Below, one piece after another: positions 34,123 to 43,701 of a stretch of 43,894 bases of DNA; position 1 is the stretch's first letter; every line of letters starts with the position of its first letter. This DNA is from Sphingobacteriales bacterium (GTDB lineage Bacteria; Bacteroidota; Bacteroidia; Chitinophagales; JADIYW01), in assembly GCA_031414515.1 (NCBI GenBank), contig JANNVS010000237.1:1-43894 (forward strand). Direction: 5' to 3'. The translations under genes and the position numbers were made by a program. The notes under the pieces were generated by a model, which was not told where the DNA came from, made no database searches, and worked only from the letters and a program-made list of their open reading frames with translations.

Positions 34123-34896
34123 GTGAAGTCAATTTCTAGCATACAAAATCCTCTAATAAAGAAAATCTTGTTATTACAAGAAAAATCTCGTGAGCGAAAA
34201 GACGCCAATTTATTTGTTATTGATGGCTGGAAAGAAACACTGCTGGCTATTGCTAATGGTTTTGAAATAGACACTATCTTTTTTCGCAAAGGGTTTGGGT
34301 TAAACTTTGATGAATTGAGCTTAGAAAATATAATTGAAATTTCTGAAGCGGTTTTTGACAGGATTTCGTACCGTGGCAATACCAGCAAAGTTGTAGCTAT
34401 TGCGAAAACAAAACAAACTTCTTTATCTGATTTAAAAATATCCAATAATCCAATGATATTAGTATTAGATGGAATTGAAAAACCTGGAAATGTGGGTGCT
34501 ATTTTACGCACAGCAGATGCAACTGGAATTGATGCTGTGATTTGTTGTGATCCGCAGACTGATATATACAATCCTAATGTAATTCGATCTTCGGTAGGCT
34601 GTGTATTTACTAAACAGATTATTGTTTGCAGCAAAGAAGACTGTTTACTCTTCTTAAAAAAAAATACTATTTCCATTTACACGACTTCGTTAAAAGCTGC
34701 CAAAAATTATTTAGAACTAGATTACAAGAATCCATCTGCATTTATTTTTGGCACTGAAGCAGAAGGTGTAAATGATTTCTGGGAAAAGAATTCAATCGCC
34801 AATATTATCATTCCAATGCATGGACAAAATGACTCACTAAATGTGTCGAATGCTGTTGCAGTGGTTTTGTTTGAAGTGCTCAGGCAAAGGAATTAA
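34123..34896 (+). CDS. TrmH/SpoU-family RNA 2'-O-methyltransferase
   Basis: It has a GTG start at 34123. SPOUT motifs: LVLDGIEKPGNVGAILRTADATG, FIFGTEAEGV, IPMHGQNDSLNVSNAVAVVLFE. Confidence 0.85.
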   Translation: MKSISSIQNPLIKKILLLQEKSRERKDANLFVIDGWKETLLAIANGFEIDTIFFRKGFGLNFDELSLENIIEISEAVFDRISYRGNTSKVVAIAKTKQTSLSDLKISNNPMILVLDGIEKPGNVGAILRTADATGIDAVICCDPQTDIYNPNVIRSSVGCVFTKQIIVCSKEDCLLFLKKNTISIYTTSLKAAKNYLELDYKNPSAFIFGTEAEGVNDFWEKNSIANIIIPMHGQNDSLNVSNAVAVVLFEVLRQRN

Positions 34897-35579
34897 AGTC
34901 TTACCTTTTCTTCAAAGAACTTCCATACAAGTTCATCAGGTACCGGTGCTATAATTTCAATTTTCTCATCCCTTACAGGATGAATAAACTTAATTGTTCT
35001 CGCATGCAAATGAATGCTTCTTGTATTTTCATTCGGTCGCTTATAACCATATTTAATATCACCTTTTATTGGAGAACCAATTTTTGCAAGTTGTGCTCTA
35101 ATTTGATGAAATCGTCCAGTTTCCAATTGAATTTCTAATAATTGATAATTATCGGAACTTGTCAATAATTTATAATGCAACACACATTTTTTAGAATGCG
35201 CCACTTCTTTATCATACAACTTTGCCTTGCGCGTTTTCGAATCTTTGATATGATAGTGAATCAAAGTGCCTTCGTCGGCCTTTGGTTTATTCTTGACAAT
35301 GCACCAATATGTTTTTTGAATATCTTTTGTTTTAAAAAGTTCATTTAATCTAGTTAAACTTTTGCTGGTTCTTGCAAATAATACAATGCCACTCACTGGT
35401 CTGTCAATACGATGTACAACACCTAAAAATACTTCTCCTGTTTTTTTATATTTTTCTTTAATATAGTCTTTTACAAAATCTGACAAGGGCTTGTCACCAG
35501 ATTCATCACTTTGTACAATATCTCCACTGCGTTTGTTCACCGCAATAATATGATTGTCTTCATACAAAATTTCTATCAT
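34893..35579 (-). CDS. RluA-family pseudouridine synthase
   Basis: GVVHRIDRPVSGIVLFART contains the catalytic Asp motif. YWCIV and GRFHQIRAQLA are also present. Confidence 0.85.
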   Translation of the reverse strand: MIEILYEDNHIIAVNKRSGDIVQSDESGDKPLSDFVKDYIKEKYKKTGEVFLGVVHRIDRPVSGIVLFARTSKSLTRLNELFKTKDIQKTYWCIVKNKPKADEGTLIHYHIKDSKTRKAKLYDKEVAHSKKCVLHYKLLTSSDNYQLLEIQLETGRFHQIRAQLAKIGSPIKGDIKYGYKRPNENTRSIHLHARTIKFIHPVRDEKIEIIAPVPDELVWKFFEEKVRL

Positions 35580-35607
35580 AACAACTTTGTAAAGTTTAAT
35601 AATTTAC

Positions 35608-35615
35608 CAAAGTTA
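35608..35615 (-). promoter_or_regulatory. Bacteroidota -7 promoter box (TAACTTTG on minus strand) for the RluA-family gene
   Basis: The plus strand reads CAAAGTTA, 28 nt upstream of the ATG at 35579. Confidence 0.35.
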
Positions 35616-35630
35616 GTGTAAATTCGTAAA

Positions 35631-36479
35631 ATGTATCGATCGCCTGTTATTATCCTTGGTATGCACCGTAGTGGTACTACAATGATTGCCAAAATGCTGG
35701 AAAATTTGGGATTGTTTGTCGGAACCGAAAAAGAAATCAATAACGAAGCTCTTTTCTTTTGGAAAATTAATAATTGGATTTTTGATTTGCATACTGCAAC
35801 ATCTGAAAAACCTTATAATTTATGCTACAAAAATCCAGCATGCGAAAAAATAATTTTAGAATCTTTAGAACATTTTATTCAGTCTAATAAGCGCAAAGAA
35901 TATCTTGGAAAACATGCGTCTGCGTTTAAAAATATAAAAGAAATAGATTTTCCTTATGGATGGAAAGATCCAAAAAACACATTCACTATCGATTTTTGGT
36001 CATCTATTTTCCCGAATCCAAAAATAATCCATGTTTACAGAAACCCTATAGATTCCATATCAAGTTATATTGAACGCGACTTAGAATTGAAAAATAAATT
36101 TGAATGGAATTGGAAGAAAAAACTGAAACGTGATTTTTTAATCAGTAAAAATTTTCATCAAAATTTTAGATTATATAATATACAAGAAGGTTATAATTTG
36201 TGGGAAGAATATGTAAGCAAAGCATTGTCTTTGAAAGATACATTTCCAAATTATCTTGAAATTAAATACGAAGATTTTTTAGAAAAGCCTTTTGAAAACC
36301 TACAGAAATTAGCTGTGTTTTCTGGTTTAGAAGTAACAGAACAGCAACTACAAAATGAAATCTCAACCATTAAAAGAGAACGTGCATTTTCATTTTTAAA
36401 CAACAAAAATTATGTTGCAATTTATCAGGAATTAAAATTAAAACCATTGATGCAACAATTAGGTTACGATAATTTATAA
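35631..36479 (+). CDS. PAPS-dependent sulfotransferase family protein
   Basis: The 5'-phosphosulfate-binding loop is VIILGMHRSGTTMIAKML and the 3'-phosphate motif is IHVYRNPIDSISSY. 282 aa. Confidence 0.7.
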   Translation: MYRSPVIILGMHRSGTTMIAKMLENLGLFVGTEKEINNEALFFWKINNWIFDLHTATSEKPYNLCYKNPACEKIILESLEHFIQSNKRKEYLGKHASAFKNIKEIDFPYGWKDPKNTFTIDFWSSIFPNPKIIHVYRNPIDSISSYIERDLELKNKFEWNWKKKLKRDFLISKNFHQNFRLYNIQEGYNLWEEYVSKALSLKDTFPNYLEIKYEDFLEKPFENLQKLAVFSGLEVTEQQLQNEISTIKRERAFSFLNNKNYVAIYQELKLKPLMQQLGYDNL

Positions 36480-37417
36480 TGTCAATTTCTGTTCAAATAT
36501 TATTAGCAACCTATAACGGTGAACGTTTCCTTCGAGAACAACTTGACAGTTTGGTGAATCAAACCTTTCAGGATTTTACTATCTTAATTAGAGATGATGG
36601 CTCAACAGATGATACGTTGAAAATTATTAAAGAATATCAACAGAAAAATCTGTTAAAAATTAAGTTATTAATAGATGAAAAAAGAAATGTAGGTGCTGCT
36701 CAAAACTTTGGTATCTTATTAGAAAACTCTACGGCAGATTATATGTTTTTTTGTGACCAAGATGATGTTTGGTTGAATGAGAAAATGGAACTTTCACTTA
36801 CAAAAATGTTGGAGGTCGAAAATATGAAAACTATAATGCCGTGTTTGATTTTTTCAAATATGATGGCTATTGATGAATTAGGAAATGTTACGAATAATTC
36901 CGTTTGGAAACAGTTAAAATTACATCCTGAATATTTTACATTAAACCGATTATTGATTCAGAATATACCACATGGATGCACAATGCTTGTAAATAAAGCA
37001 CTTCGCAATATTGCATGTCCAATTCCGACAACTGCAATATTGCATGATCATTGGGTGGCTCTACTTTCTGTTGCCTGTGGAAATTGGAGTTTTATTTCAG
37101 ACCCTTTAATTCTGCTTAGAAATCATACTGAAAATGTAACACGAAAAAAAAGCTCCTTGACAGATAAATTAAATCGTTTTACTATTAATTTTTTATCGAA
37201 AAAGGAATATGAGTATTTTATCAAAATTCGTGTAGATCAAGCGAGAGCATTACTTAACCGAATTAATGCCTTTGCAACTCATGAGCAACGCGAGTTACTA
37301 AAAAATTTTCTACTCTTAGAAAATAAAAGTGGATTCAAGCGTAAAAAAATTCTTTTGCAAAATAATTTCTTTCGTACCACCCTTTGGCATACCCTAAAAA
37401 TGATTTTAAGAGCTTAA
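36479..37417 (+). CDS. Glycosyltransferase family 2 (rhamnosyltransferase-like)
   Basis: VQILLATYNGERFLREQLDSLVNQTFQDFTILIRDDGSTDDT, AAQNFG, FFCDQDDVW. The start overlaps the sulfotransferase stop (TAATG). Confidence 0.8.
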   Translation: MSISVQILLATYNGERFLREQLDSLVNQTFQDFTILIRDDGSTDDTLKIIKEYQQKNLLKIKLLIDEKRNVGAAQNFGILLENSTADYMFFCDQDDVWLNEKMELSLTKMLEVENMKTIMPCLIFSNMMAIDELGNVTNNSVWKQLKLHPEYFTLNRLLIQNIPHGCTMLVNKALRNIACPIPTTAILHDHWVALLSVACGNWSFISDPLILLRNHTENVTRKKSSLTDKLNRFTINFLSKKEYEYFIKIRVDQARALLNRINAFATHEQRELLKNFLLLENKSGFKRKKILLQNNFFRTTLWHTLKMILRA

Positions 37418-37462
37418 AATCTGTAAATTATTAGACAATTTTTAGTTTGCTCTTTTTTTAAC

Positions 37463-37470
37463 TATTTTTG
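37463..37470 (+). promoter_or_regulatory. Bacteroidota -7 promoter box (TATTTTTG), internal promoter ahead of the SDR/GT2 pair
   Basis: Exact TAnnTTTG match in the 76-nt gap, 23 nt upstream of the TTG start at 37494. Confidence 0.4.
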
Positions 37471-37493
37471 AAAACAATTTAACGTAACTATCT

Positions 37494-38636
37494 TTGAAAA
37501 ACATACTAATTACAGGCGGCGCAGGTTTCATTGGTTCTAATCTTTCTTTGCAATTATTAGAGAAAGGATACAACATTACGGTATTAGATTCATTACATCC
37601 ACAAATTCATGGTGTAAATCCAAAACAAACATCTCCATTATATCAATCAATTAAGGATAAGGTGAATTTTATAATAGGTGATGTAACCAACAAGTCTGAC
37701 TGGCATAAGGCCTTGGAAAAACAACATATTATTATTCATTTTGCTGCAGAAACTGGTACAGGACAAAGTATGTATGAAATTGAACGGTACACAACGGTGA
37801 ATGTTAGCGGTACTTCAATTTTATTAGATTATATGACGAATTCAAAACATCATATTGAAAAAATAATTATTGCAAGTTCGAGAGCCATTTATGGTGAAGG
37901 AAAATATATCGACAAAAATACCAATCAATATTTTTATCCAAATAACAGAAATGAAACTGATTTACAAAACGGCATTTTTGAACTCCGAAACCCAATAAAT
38001 GAAACCAAATTTTTAGATGCTTGTGCAACAGATGAACAAAGTAACATTCACCCAAACTCTGTTTATGGTTTGACGAAATATTATCAGGAACAAGCATTGA
38101 TGATTTGTTGCAAATCGTTGAATATTCCGTGCGTAGCTTTTCGCTATCAAAATGTTTACGGACCAGGTCAATCGCTTACCAATCCATACACTGGAATTTT
38201 ATCTATTTTTTCTTCTCGTATTATTCAAGGAAAAACAATAAATATTTTTGAAGATGGACAAGAAAGCCGAGATTTTGTATTTATTGAAGATGCTGTAAAC
38301 GCAACGATTTTAGGAATAGAAAAGAATGAAGCTGATTTTTGTTCGTTTAATGTTGGCACCGGAAAAGCAACAACAGTCTTAGGCGTAGCACAGGTTTTAA
38401 TGAAAAATTATGGTAAAGAAATTCCGTTAGAAATTAGCGGACAATATCGCAAAGGTGACATTCGACATAATTTTGCAGATATTTCTTTGATAAAAAAAGA
38501 ACTTGGTTTTGAAGCTAAAACTAATTTTGAAAATGGAATTCTACAGTTTTGCAATTGGGTAAATCAACAATCTTTAACAGAAGACAAATACGAGCAATCC
38601 TTGGAGGAAATGAAAGGCAAGGGCTTGTTAAATTAG
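37494..38636 (+). CDS. NAD-dependent epimerase/dehydratase (extended SDR)
   Basis: It has a TTG start. ILITGGAGFIGSN and catalytic YGLTKYYQE (YxxxK). 380 aa with an insertion relative to GalE-like enzymes. Confidence 0.75.
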   Translation: MKNILITGGAGFIGSNLSLQLLEKGYNITVLDSLHPQIHGVNPKQTSPLYQSIKDKVNFIIGDVTNKSDWHKALEKQHIIIHFAAETGTGQSMYEIERYTTVNVSGTSILLDYMTNSKHHIEKIIIASSRAIYGEGKYIDKNTNQYFYPNNRNETDLQNGIFELRNPINETKFLDACATDEQSNIHPNSVYGLTKYYQEQALMICCKSLNIPCVAFRYQNVYGPGQSLTNPYTGILSIFSSRIIQGKTINIFEDGQESRDFVFIEDAVNATILGIEKNEADFCSFNVGTGKATTVLGVAQVLMKNYGKEIPLEISGQYRKGDIRHNFADISLIKKELGFEAKTNFENGILQFCNWVNQQSLTEDKYEQSLEEMKGKGLLN

Positions 38637-38638
38637 AT

Positions 38639-39547
38639 ATGAAAAAAATAGGTATCGTTACTATTACGTACAATAGTTCAAGTTTTATTGAGTGTTTTAT
38701 CAAATGTGTTTTATCGCAAACGCATTCAAATTTTATTCTATATATTATTGATAATGCATCTCAAGACAACACTCTTGAGATGCTTAAAAAGTATACAGAT
38801 GAAAGAATTTACATAATTAATAACAAAACAAACATTGGAGTTGCGGCTGGTAATAATCAAGGAATCAAAAAAGCGCTGGATGATAATTGCGATGAATTAT
38901 TGCTGCTAAATAATGATGTGGATTTTGAATGTACTTTGTTAGAAAAACTAACCCGTCAATTAACCGATTTAAATTGCAGCTTAATTGCACCAAAAATGAA
39001 GTATTTTCCCGAAACAAATTTAATCTGGTGGGCTGGTACTAAATTTAACATGCTTGACGGCTGTATGACAAATCACATTGGTATTCAACATGAAGATAAT
39101 GGACAATATGACTTAATTGAAAAGATGGATTATGCGCCTACCTGTTGTGTCCTTTTAAAAAAAGAAGTCATAAAAGATATAGGCTGGATGGACGAAAAAT
39201 ACTTTGTCTATTATGATGATACAGATTTTTTCTATCGAATTTATAAACAGAGAAAACATCAATTATATTATTATCCTTTCATAGATTTTTATCATAAAGT
39301 TGGTGGCTTGTCTAATATGAAAGAAGGTAATGCAAAGAAATTTAAATTTAATCGTTTTTATATTCATTTGATTACCAGAAATCATGTTTATTATTTAAAA
39401 AAACAACATACACTTTCTGGTTGGCTTAATATTTTTTATTTCTACTTTCGTATGAATTTGCGTTTTATGTTCAGTGGAAAATATAATCGTGATTTCAAAA
39501 CCTTTTTCTTGTTACAGAAATCTTTCTTTGAAGGTTTGGTTATGTAA
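38639..39547 (+). CDS. Glycosyltransferase family 2 (WbbL/rhamnosyltransferase-like)
   Basis: The start is the ATG at 38639, 2 nt after the upstream stop. IGIVTITYNSSSFIECFIKCVLSQTHSNFILYIIDNASQDNT, AAGNNQG, LLLNNDVDF. The track's extension to 38549 overlaps the SDR gene. Confidence 0.8.
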   Translation: MKKIGIVTITYNSSSFIECFIKCVLSQTHSNFILYIIDNASQDNTLEMLKKYTDERIYIINNKTNIGVAAGNNQGIKKALDDNCDELLLLNNDVDFECTLLEKLTRQLTDLNCSLIAPKMKYFPETNLIWWAGTKFNMLDGCMTNHIGIQHEDNGQYDLIEKMDYAPTCCVLLKKEVIKDIGWMDEKYFVYYDDTDFFYRIYKQRKHQLYYYPFIDFYHKVGGLSNMKEGNAKKFKFNRFYIHLITRNHVYYLKKQHTLSGWLNIFYFYFRMNLRFMFSGKYNRDFKTFFLLQKSFFEGLVM

Positions 39548-39882
39548 TTTTTAAACAACTGAAGGAACTTAAGAAACTAAAGCAATACAAAAAGAAGGTA
39601 TTTTGTAGGTAAAGGATCCTTAAGTTTTCTTATTTTAGTTAATTCTTTTCTTTTAAATAGATTTCTTCAGCTCCTAAAGCTTCTTATGTGGTTAATAATA
39701 TTTCTCTTGGCTTAAATCAATTCACTTCTTAAAAAAATGCTAAAAAAATCCATTTTAACAAGCTTTTAAGCATTTTCTTATACCAAAAAGTAAGTATCAG
39801 GTGTTTTCGAGTTAAATTTATATCATAAAGTACAACTATAGCCAAACTCTACAACACGTAAACGATTTTAATATTTATTAGT

Positions 39883-40662
39883 ATGAAGAAAAAAACTATC
39901 TTTTTGATAGCGTTGGTTGTATTTTTTCCATTAAATAACCTACCATCTTATGCAAGTGATGTTGTAATGAATGCTGAAGCAAAAATTCCTGCATCCTATT
40001 TATTTGATTTAGATAATGCCGAAACGGAAGTCAATACATTGAGTAATTATTTAGATTGTTTTTCCGTAATTCCTGAAGATGTCATGAAATATGCGCTTTC
40101 TGGTTATGCGCAACTCAACAATGAAGGCAAAATCAACAAAAAAGATATCATTACAATTCTTGATTTCAGTAAACCGTCTACAGAAGAGCGTTTGTTTGTG
40201 ATCAATTTAGTGACTAAAAAAGTAATTGCAAAAAGCTTGTGCGCACACGGCAGAAACAGTGGTGAAATTTGGGCTGAAAAATTTTCTAATAATTCAGAAT
40301 CCTATCAAAGCAGTTTAGGTTTTTATGTGGCAAGCGAAACGTATGATGGAAAAAATGGTTTTTCTTTAAAATTAGATGGACAAGAAGCTGGTATCAACGA
40401 TAAAGCGCGCGATCGTGGTGTAGTTATTCACGGTGCAGATTACGTAAGTACAAATTTTATTGCCAACAACGGAAAATTAGGCAGAAGCCAAGGCTGTCCT
40501 GCGTTGCCATTAGAAAAAAATGCAAAAATAATTAGTTTAATAAAAGGCGGTTCTTGCTTTTTTATTTATCATCCAAATAAATCCTACAGAACTCATTCAC
40601 CTATTTTAAAACACTACAACGAATCTTGCTTAGTAGAAGTTGTATCTGCTTTAGGTGAATAA
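39883..40662 (+). CDS. Exported L,D-transpeptidase catalytic-domain family protein (YkuD_2-like)
   Basis: Signal peptide MKKKTIFLIALVVFFPLNNLPSYA. SLCAHGRNSG, VVIHGADYV and the catalytic-type GRSQGCPAL are present. Confidence 0.65.
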   Translation: MKKKTIFLIALVVFFPLNNLPSYASDVVMNAEAKIPASYLFDLDNAETEVNTLSNYLDCFSVIPEDVMKYALSGYAQLNNEGKINKKDIITILDFSKPSTEERLFVINLVTKKVIAKSLCAHGRNSGEIWAEKFSNNSESYQSSLGFYVASETYDGKNGFSLKLDGQEAGINDKARDRGVVIHGADYVSTNFIANNGKLGRSQGCPALPLEKNAKIISLIKGGSCFFIYHPNKSYRTHSPILKHYNESCLVEVVSALGE

Positions 40663-42434
40663 TAATTTACGGCAAGAGATACTAATTTTTCTTGCTCTTT
40701 TTTAAGTTTTACAACAGCAGTAATTGAATCTGCTTTCTTCTTCTCTATTACCGCTAATGAATCAGCAATTTGTCGTTCACGTTTTTCTTCTTTAGTTAAA
40801 ATGTGTGGTTGTTTGCCTTTAAAAATAAAATTGATTAGTTGCTTGTCTCTGTTATAAACATCTGCATAAAATTTTACGTTGCCATAAAAATCTGCTTCTG
40901 CTGTAAAATATCTAAAATATACAGGCACTGATTTTTTTAATCGAAATGTTTGAGTCGCTACTTTTCTATCCTTTAATGCTATAAGAGAATCATAAGACAT
41001 TTGAAAGGTATCATTTGTCATTAAATAAGAAGCTACTTCTAAAGGATCTTGGCAGCGAACACAGCCATGACTTGCTGCACGAAAATCTGCTCCAAATAAT
41101 CTTTTCGTTGGTGTGTCGTGTATATAAACGGAGTACTTATTGGGAAATAATATTTTCACACAACCCAATGCATTGCTATTGCCAGGTGGCTGTACAACTC
41201 TTGTGTATGAGCCTGTTGTTATAACATTAAATCCTTTAAAACTCTTCATTTCATTTTTTACAATACTTTGTGGAACGCTCCAGGTTGGCCACAATACAAT
41301 TTGATTTATAGCACTTTCTAAAATCGGTGTCTCGTTTTTTAAGTTTGATTTTCCAATCACCACATTTTTTTCCAAACGCAAAGTGTCTTTCTCAATAATC
41401 TTTAATTTATATGATGGTAAATTTACCCAAACATATTTTTCTGGCAAATCAATAATATGTTCTTTCCGCCATCTATCAGCATTGATTGCCAGCAACTGAA
41501 ATTTTTTGGAATTATCTCTTTCTAATGCCTTGATAGTGTTTGAGCCAATCGCTCCATCGCCATTTAAATTATTGTCTTTTTGAAATTTCTTTAATGCTCT
41601 TAAATATATTGTGTCATTATTCTTTGAAGAATCTATTAGATAATGGTGATATACCAACGCTTTTTGAGCATCGTACACGGCTCCAATAGAATCAAGTTTA
41701 GGATTACGTATTGAGATTGGATTATCTGAAATATTATTTTTGGAAACAAAGTCTCGTAAAGCATACATATATCTATTGTATAATGGATTTTTCGGTTCTA
41801 AACTTGAAATTGTTTTGGAAATAGAGTCGGTCAACGCCTTTTGTAACAAAGAAATATATTTTTCTTTAGTATACCAGAAGTTTGAATTAATACCAAGTAT
41901 AGTATCAGCAAACATACCATGGTCTATGTGTAAAGCAATTTGAAAAAAGGAACGAGTGAGTCCTACTTCTAATTTTTTTGCTAAGTTATAATCAACAGCA
42001 GGTAATATTTTAATTGAAGAATCCACCATTTGTTGTATTTTTTCATAGTCGTATAATTCTTTATTCAATCCTAAAAACTCTGCTGTGCCCAAAAAATGAA
42101 ACATTTCTTTACCTTTCTGAGTCAGCACTTCTTTGCAAATCCAAAGCGGTTTATATTCCTCTTGTTTATAAATATCTTTAGCTACTTCATGCCAACTTAA
42201 ATACTTGTTGCTGTCTTTTTTTTCCGCATCAAGTTTTGTTATGTATTCTCTTAGTACAATTGTAACATCTTGCTGGAACGTAATGTCATCTTTCGGTATC
42301 TCTATTTTTTTTTCTATTCTTTCTGCATTTCCATTTTTACATTTACATCCACAAATCATTGCATTTGTAAAAAGTAGTATAAACAAAATTATAATTGAAG
42401 GCTGAATAGTCTTCAATTCTAAAATAGGTTTCAT
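40614..42434 (-). CDS. L,D-transpeptidase (YkuD domain) with peptidoglycan-binding domain, YcbB/LdtD-like
   Basis: The catalytic motif is VYIHDTPTKRLFGADFRAASHGCVRC. The PG_binding_1-like segment is LKKFQKDNNLNGDGAIGSNTIKAL. The N-terminus is a hydrophobic signal with Cys residues (possible lipoprotein). Confidence 0.85.
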   Translation of the reverse strand: MKPILELKTIQPSIIILFILLFTNAMICGCKCKNGNAERIEKKIEIPKDDITFQQDVTIVLREYITKLDAEKKDSNKYLSWHEVAKDIYKQEEYKPLWICKEVLTQKGKEMFHFLGTAEFLGLNKELYDYEKIQQMVDSSIKILPAVDYNLAKKLEVGLTRSFFQIALHIDHGMFADTILGINSNFWYTKEKYISLLQKALTDSISKTISSLEPKNPLYNRYMYALRDFVSKNNISDNPISIRNPKLDSIGAVYDAQKALVYHHYLIDSSKNNDTIYLRALKKFQKDNNLNGDGAIGSNTIKALERDNSKKFQLLAINADRWRKEHIIDLPEKYVWVNLPSYKLKIIEKDTLRLEKNVVIGKSNLKNETPILESAINQIVLWPTWSVPQSIVKNEMKSFKGFNVITTGSYTRVVQPPGNSNALGCVKILFPNKYSVYIHDTPTKRLFGADFRAASHGCVRCQDPLEVASYLMTNDTFQMSYDSLIALKDRKVATQTFRLKKSVPVYFRYFTAEADFYGNVKFYADVYNRDKQLINFIFKGKQPHILTKEEKRERQIADSLAVIEKKKADSITAVVKLKKEQEKLVSLAVNYYSPKADTTSTKQDSL

Positions 42435-42670
42435 AGTTTAAACGTTCAATTACGAATATAAAGTAATATAAAAAAAATACACCTTGTATCTATTTGAAGT
42501 AGATAAATTAGACTACAGATAACAGGATAACACTTTTATATATTTTGCATCATTTAAAATGTAGCTTAATATTTTTCAATATCATTCAATTGTGTAATAA
42601 CTAGGGATTTTTAGAGCAAAAAGATTGTTTTGGTAATGTTAAATTAAAAATGCTACTCCAAACTATTCCC

Positions 42671-42678
42671 TATTTTTG
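42671..42678 (+). promoter_or_regulatory. Bacteroidota -7 promoter box (TATTTTTG) for asd
   Basis: Exact TAnnTTTG match, 27 nt upstream of the ATG at 42706. Confidence 0.45.
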
Positions 42679-42705
42679 TATTATAATAATTTAAAATACA
42701 AAAAC

Positions 42706-43698
42706 ATGAAAGTAGCAGTAGTAGGCTCCACGGGTTTAGTTGGCGGCGAAATGTTGAAAGTTCTTGCAGAAAGAAACTTTCCGGTAACAGAATTGATTCC
42801 AGTAGCTTCCGAGCGTTCCGCTGGTAAGAAAATAGAATTTAAGGGAAAAGAATATACCGTGGTAACCATGCAAACTGCTATTGATATGAAACCCGATTTG
42901 GCATTGTTTTCTGCAGGTGGTTCTACTTCTTTAGAATGGGCTCCAAAATTTGCGGAAGCAGGTATTACCGTAGTGGATAATTCATCAGCTTGGCGCATGG
43001 ATCCAACTAAAAAATTAATAGTTCCAGAAATTAATGCTGATGCATTAACGAAAGATGATAAAATTATTGCGAATCCGAATTGTTCTACCATACAAATGGT
43101 GGTAGCACTAAATCCATTGCACGAAAAATATAAAATTAAACGCGTGGTAGTTTCTACCTATCAATCGGTAACCGGTACAGGAAAAAAAGCGGTTGACCAA
43201 TTAATGAACGAGCGCAACGGCATCGAAGGCGAAATGGTATACAAATACAAAATCGATTTGAATGTGATTCCGCAAATTGATGTATTTATGGACAACGGTT
43301 ACACCAAAGAAGAAATGAAAATGGTGAAAGAAACTAATAAAATTATGCGCGATGAAAACATCAAAGTTACGGCAACTACGATTCGTATTCCTGTTATGGG
43401 TGGCCACAGTGAAAGCGTAAATATCGAGTTTGAGAACGAGTTTGAATTAGCAGATATTTTTGCTGTTTTAGAAAAAGCAGAAGGCATAATTGTAGTAGAT
43501 GATCCAACGAATCATAAGTATCCGATGCCAATGGATGCACACGGAAAAGATGAAGTTTTTGTAGGGAGAATTCGCCGCGATGAAACACAACCAAAAACAT
43601 TAAACATGTGGATAGTTGCCGATAACTTACGCAAAGGTGCAGCTACAAACGCTGTACAAATTGGTGAATATTTGTTGAAACATAATCTGATAGGGTAA
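42706..43698 (+). CDS. asd: Aspartate-semialdehyde dehydrogenase
   Basis: The start is the ATG at 42706 (MKVAVVGSTGLVGGEM). The active-site segment is IANPNCSTIQMVVAL, with QSVTGTGKKA and PVMGGHSESV also present. The TTG at 42676 in the track lies inside the predicted -7 box. Confidence 0.92.
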   Translation: MKVAVVGSTGLVGGEMLKVLAERNFPVTELIPVASERSAGKKIEFKGKEYTVVTMQTAIDMKPDLALFSAGGSTSLEWAPKFAEAGITVVDNSSAWRMDPTKKLIVPEINADALTKDDKIIANPNCSTIQMVVALNPLHEKYKIKRVVVSTYQSVTGTGKKAVDQLMNERNGIEGEMVYKYKIDLNVIPQIDVFMDNGYTKEEMKMVKETNKIMRDENIKVTATTIRIPVMGGHSESVNIEFENEFELADIFAVLEKAEGIIVVDDPTNHKYPMPMDAHGKDEVFVGRIRRDETQPKTLNMWIVADNLRKGAATNAVQIGEYLLKHNLIG

Positions 43699-43701
43699 CT
43701 T

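Noticed and set aside
34110-34676. 188-aa minus-strand ORF
   Set aside because: It is entirely antisense to the TrmH-family gene, which has three clear SPOUT motifs. The antisense product has no recognisable motif, so this is a shadow ORF.
39566-39625. CTTAAG-centred inverted repeat considered as a terminator or invertible-promoter border
   Set aside because: Only about 8 bp are complementary, there is no U-tract, no recombinase gene is nearby, and no matching partner repeat flanks a promoter.
42681-43091. 136-aa minus-strand ORF, plus the smaller ORFs at 43201-43600
   Set aside because: They are antisense to asd, whose identity is unambiguous. These are shadow ORFs typical of long genes in AT-rich DNA.
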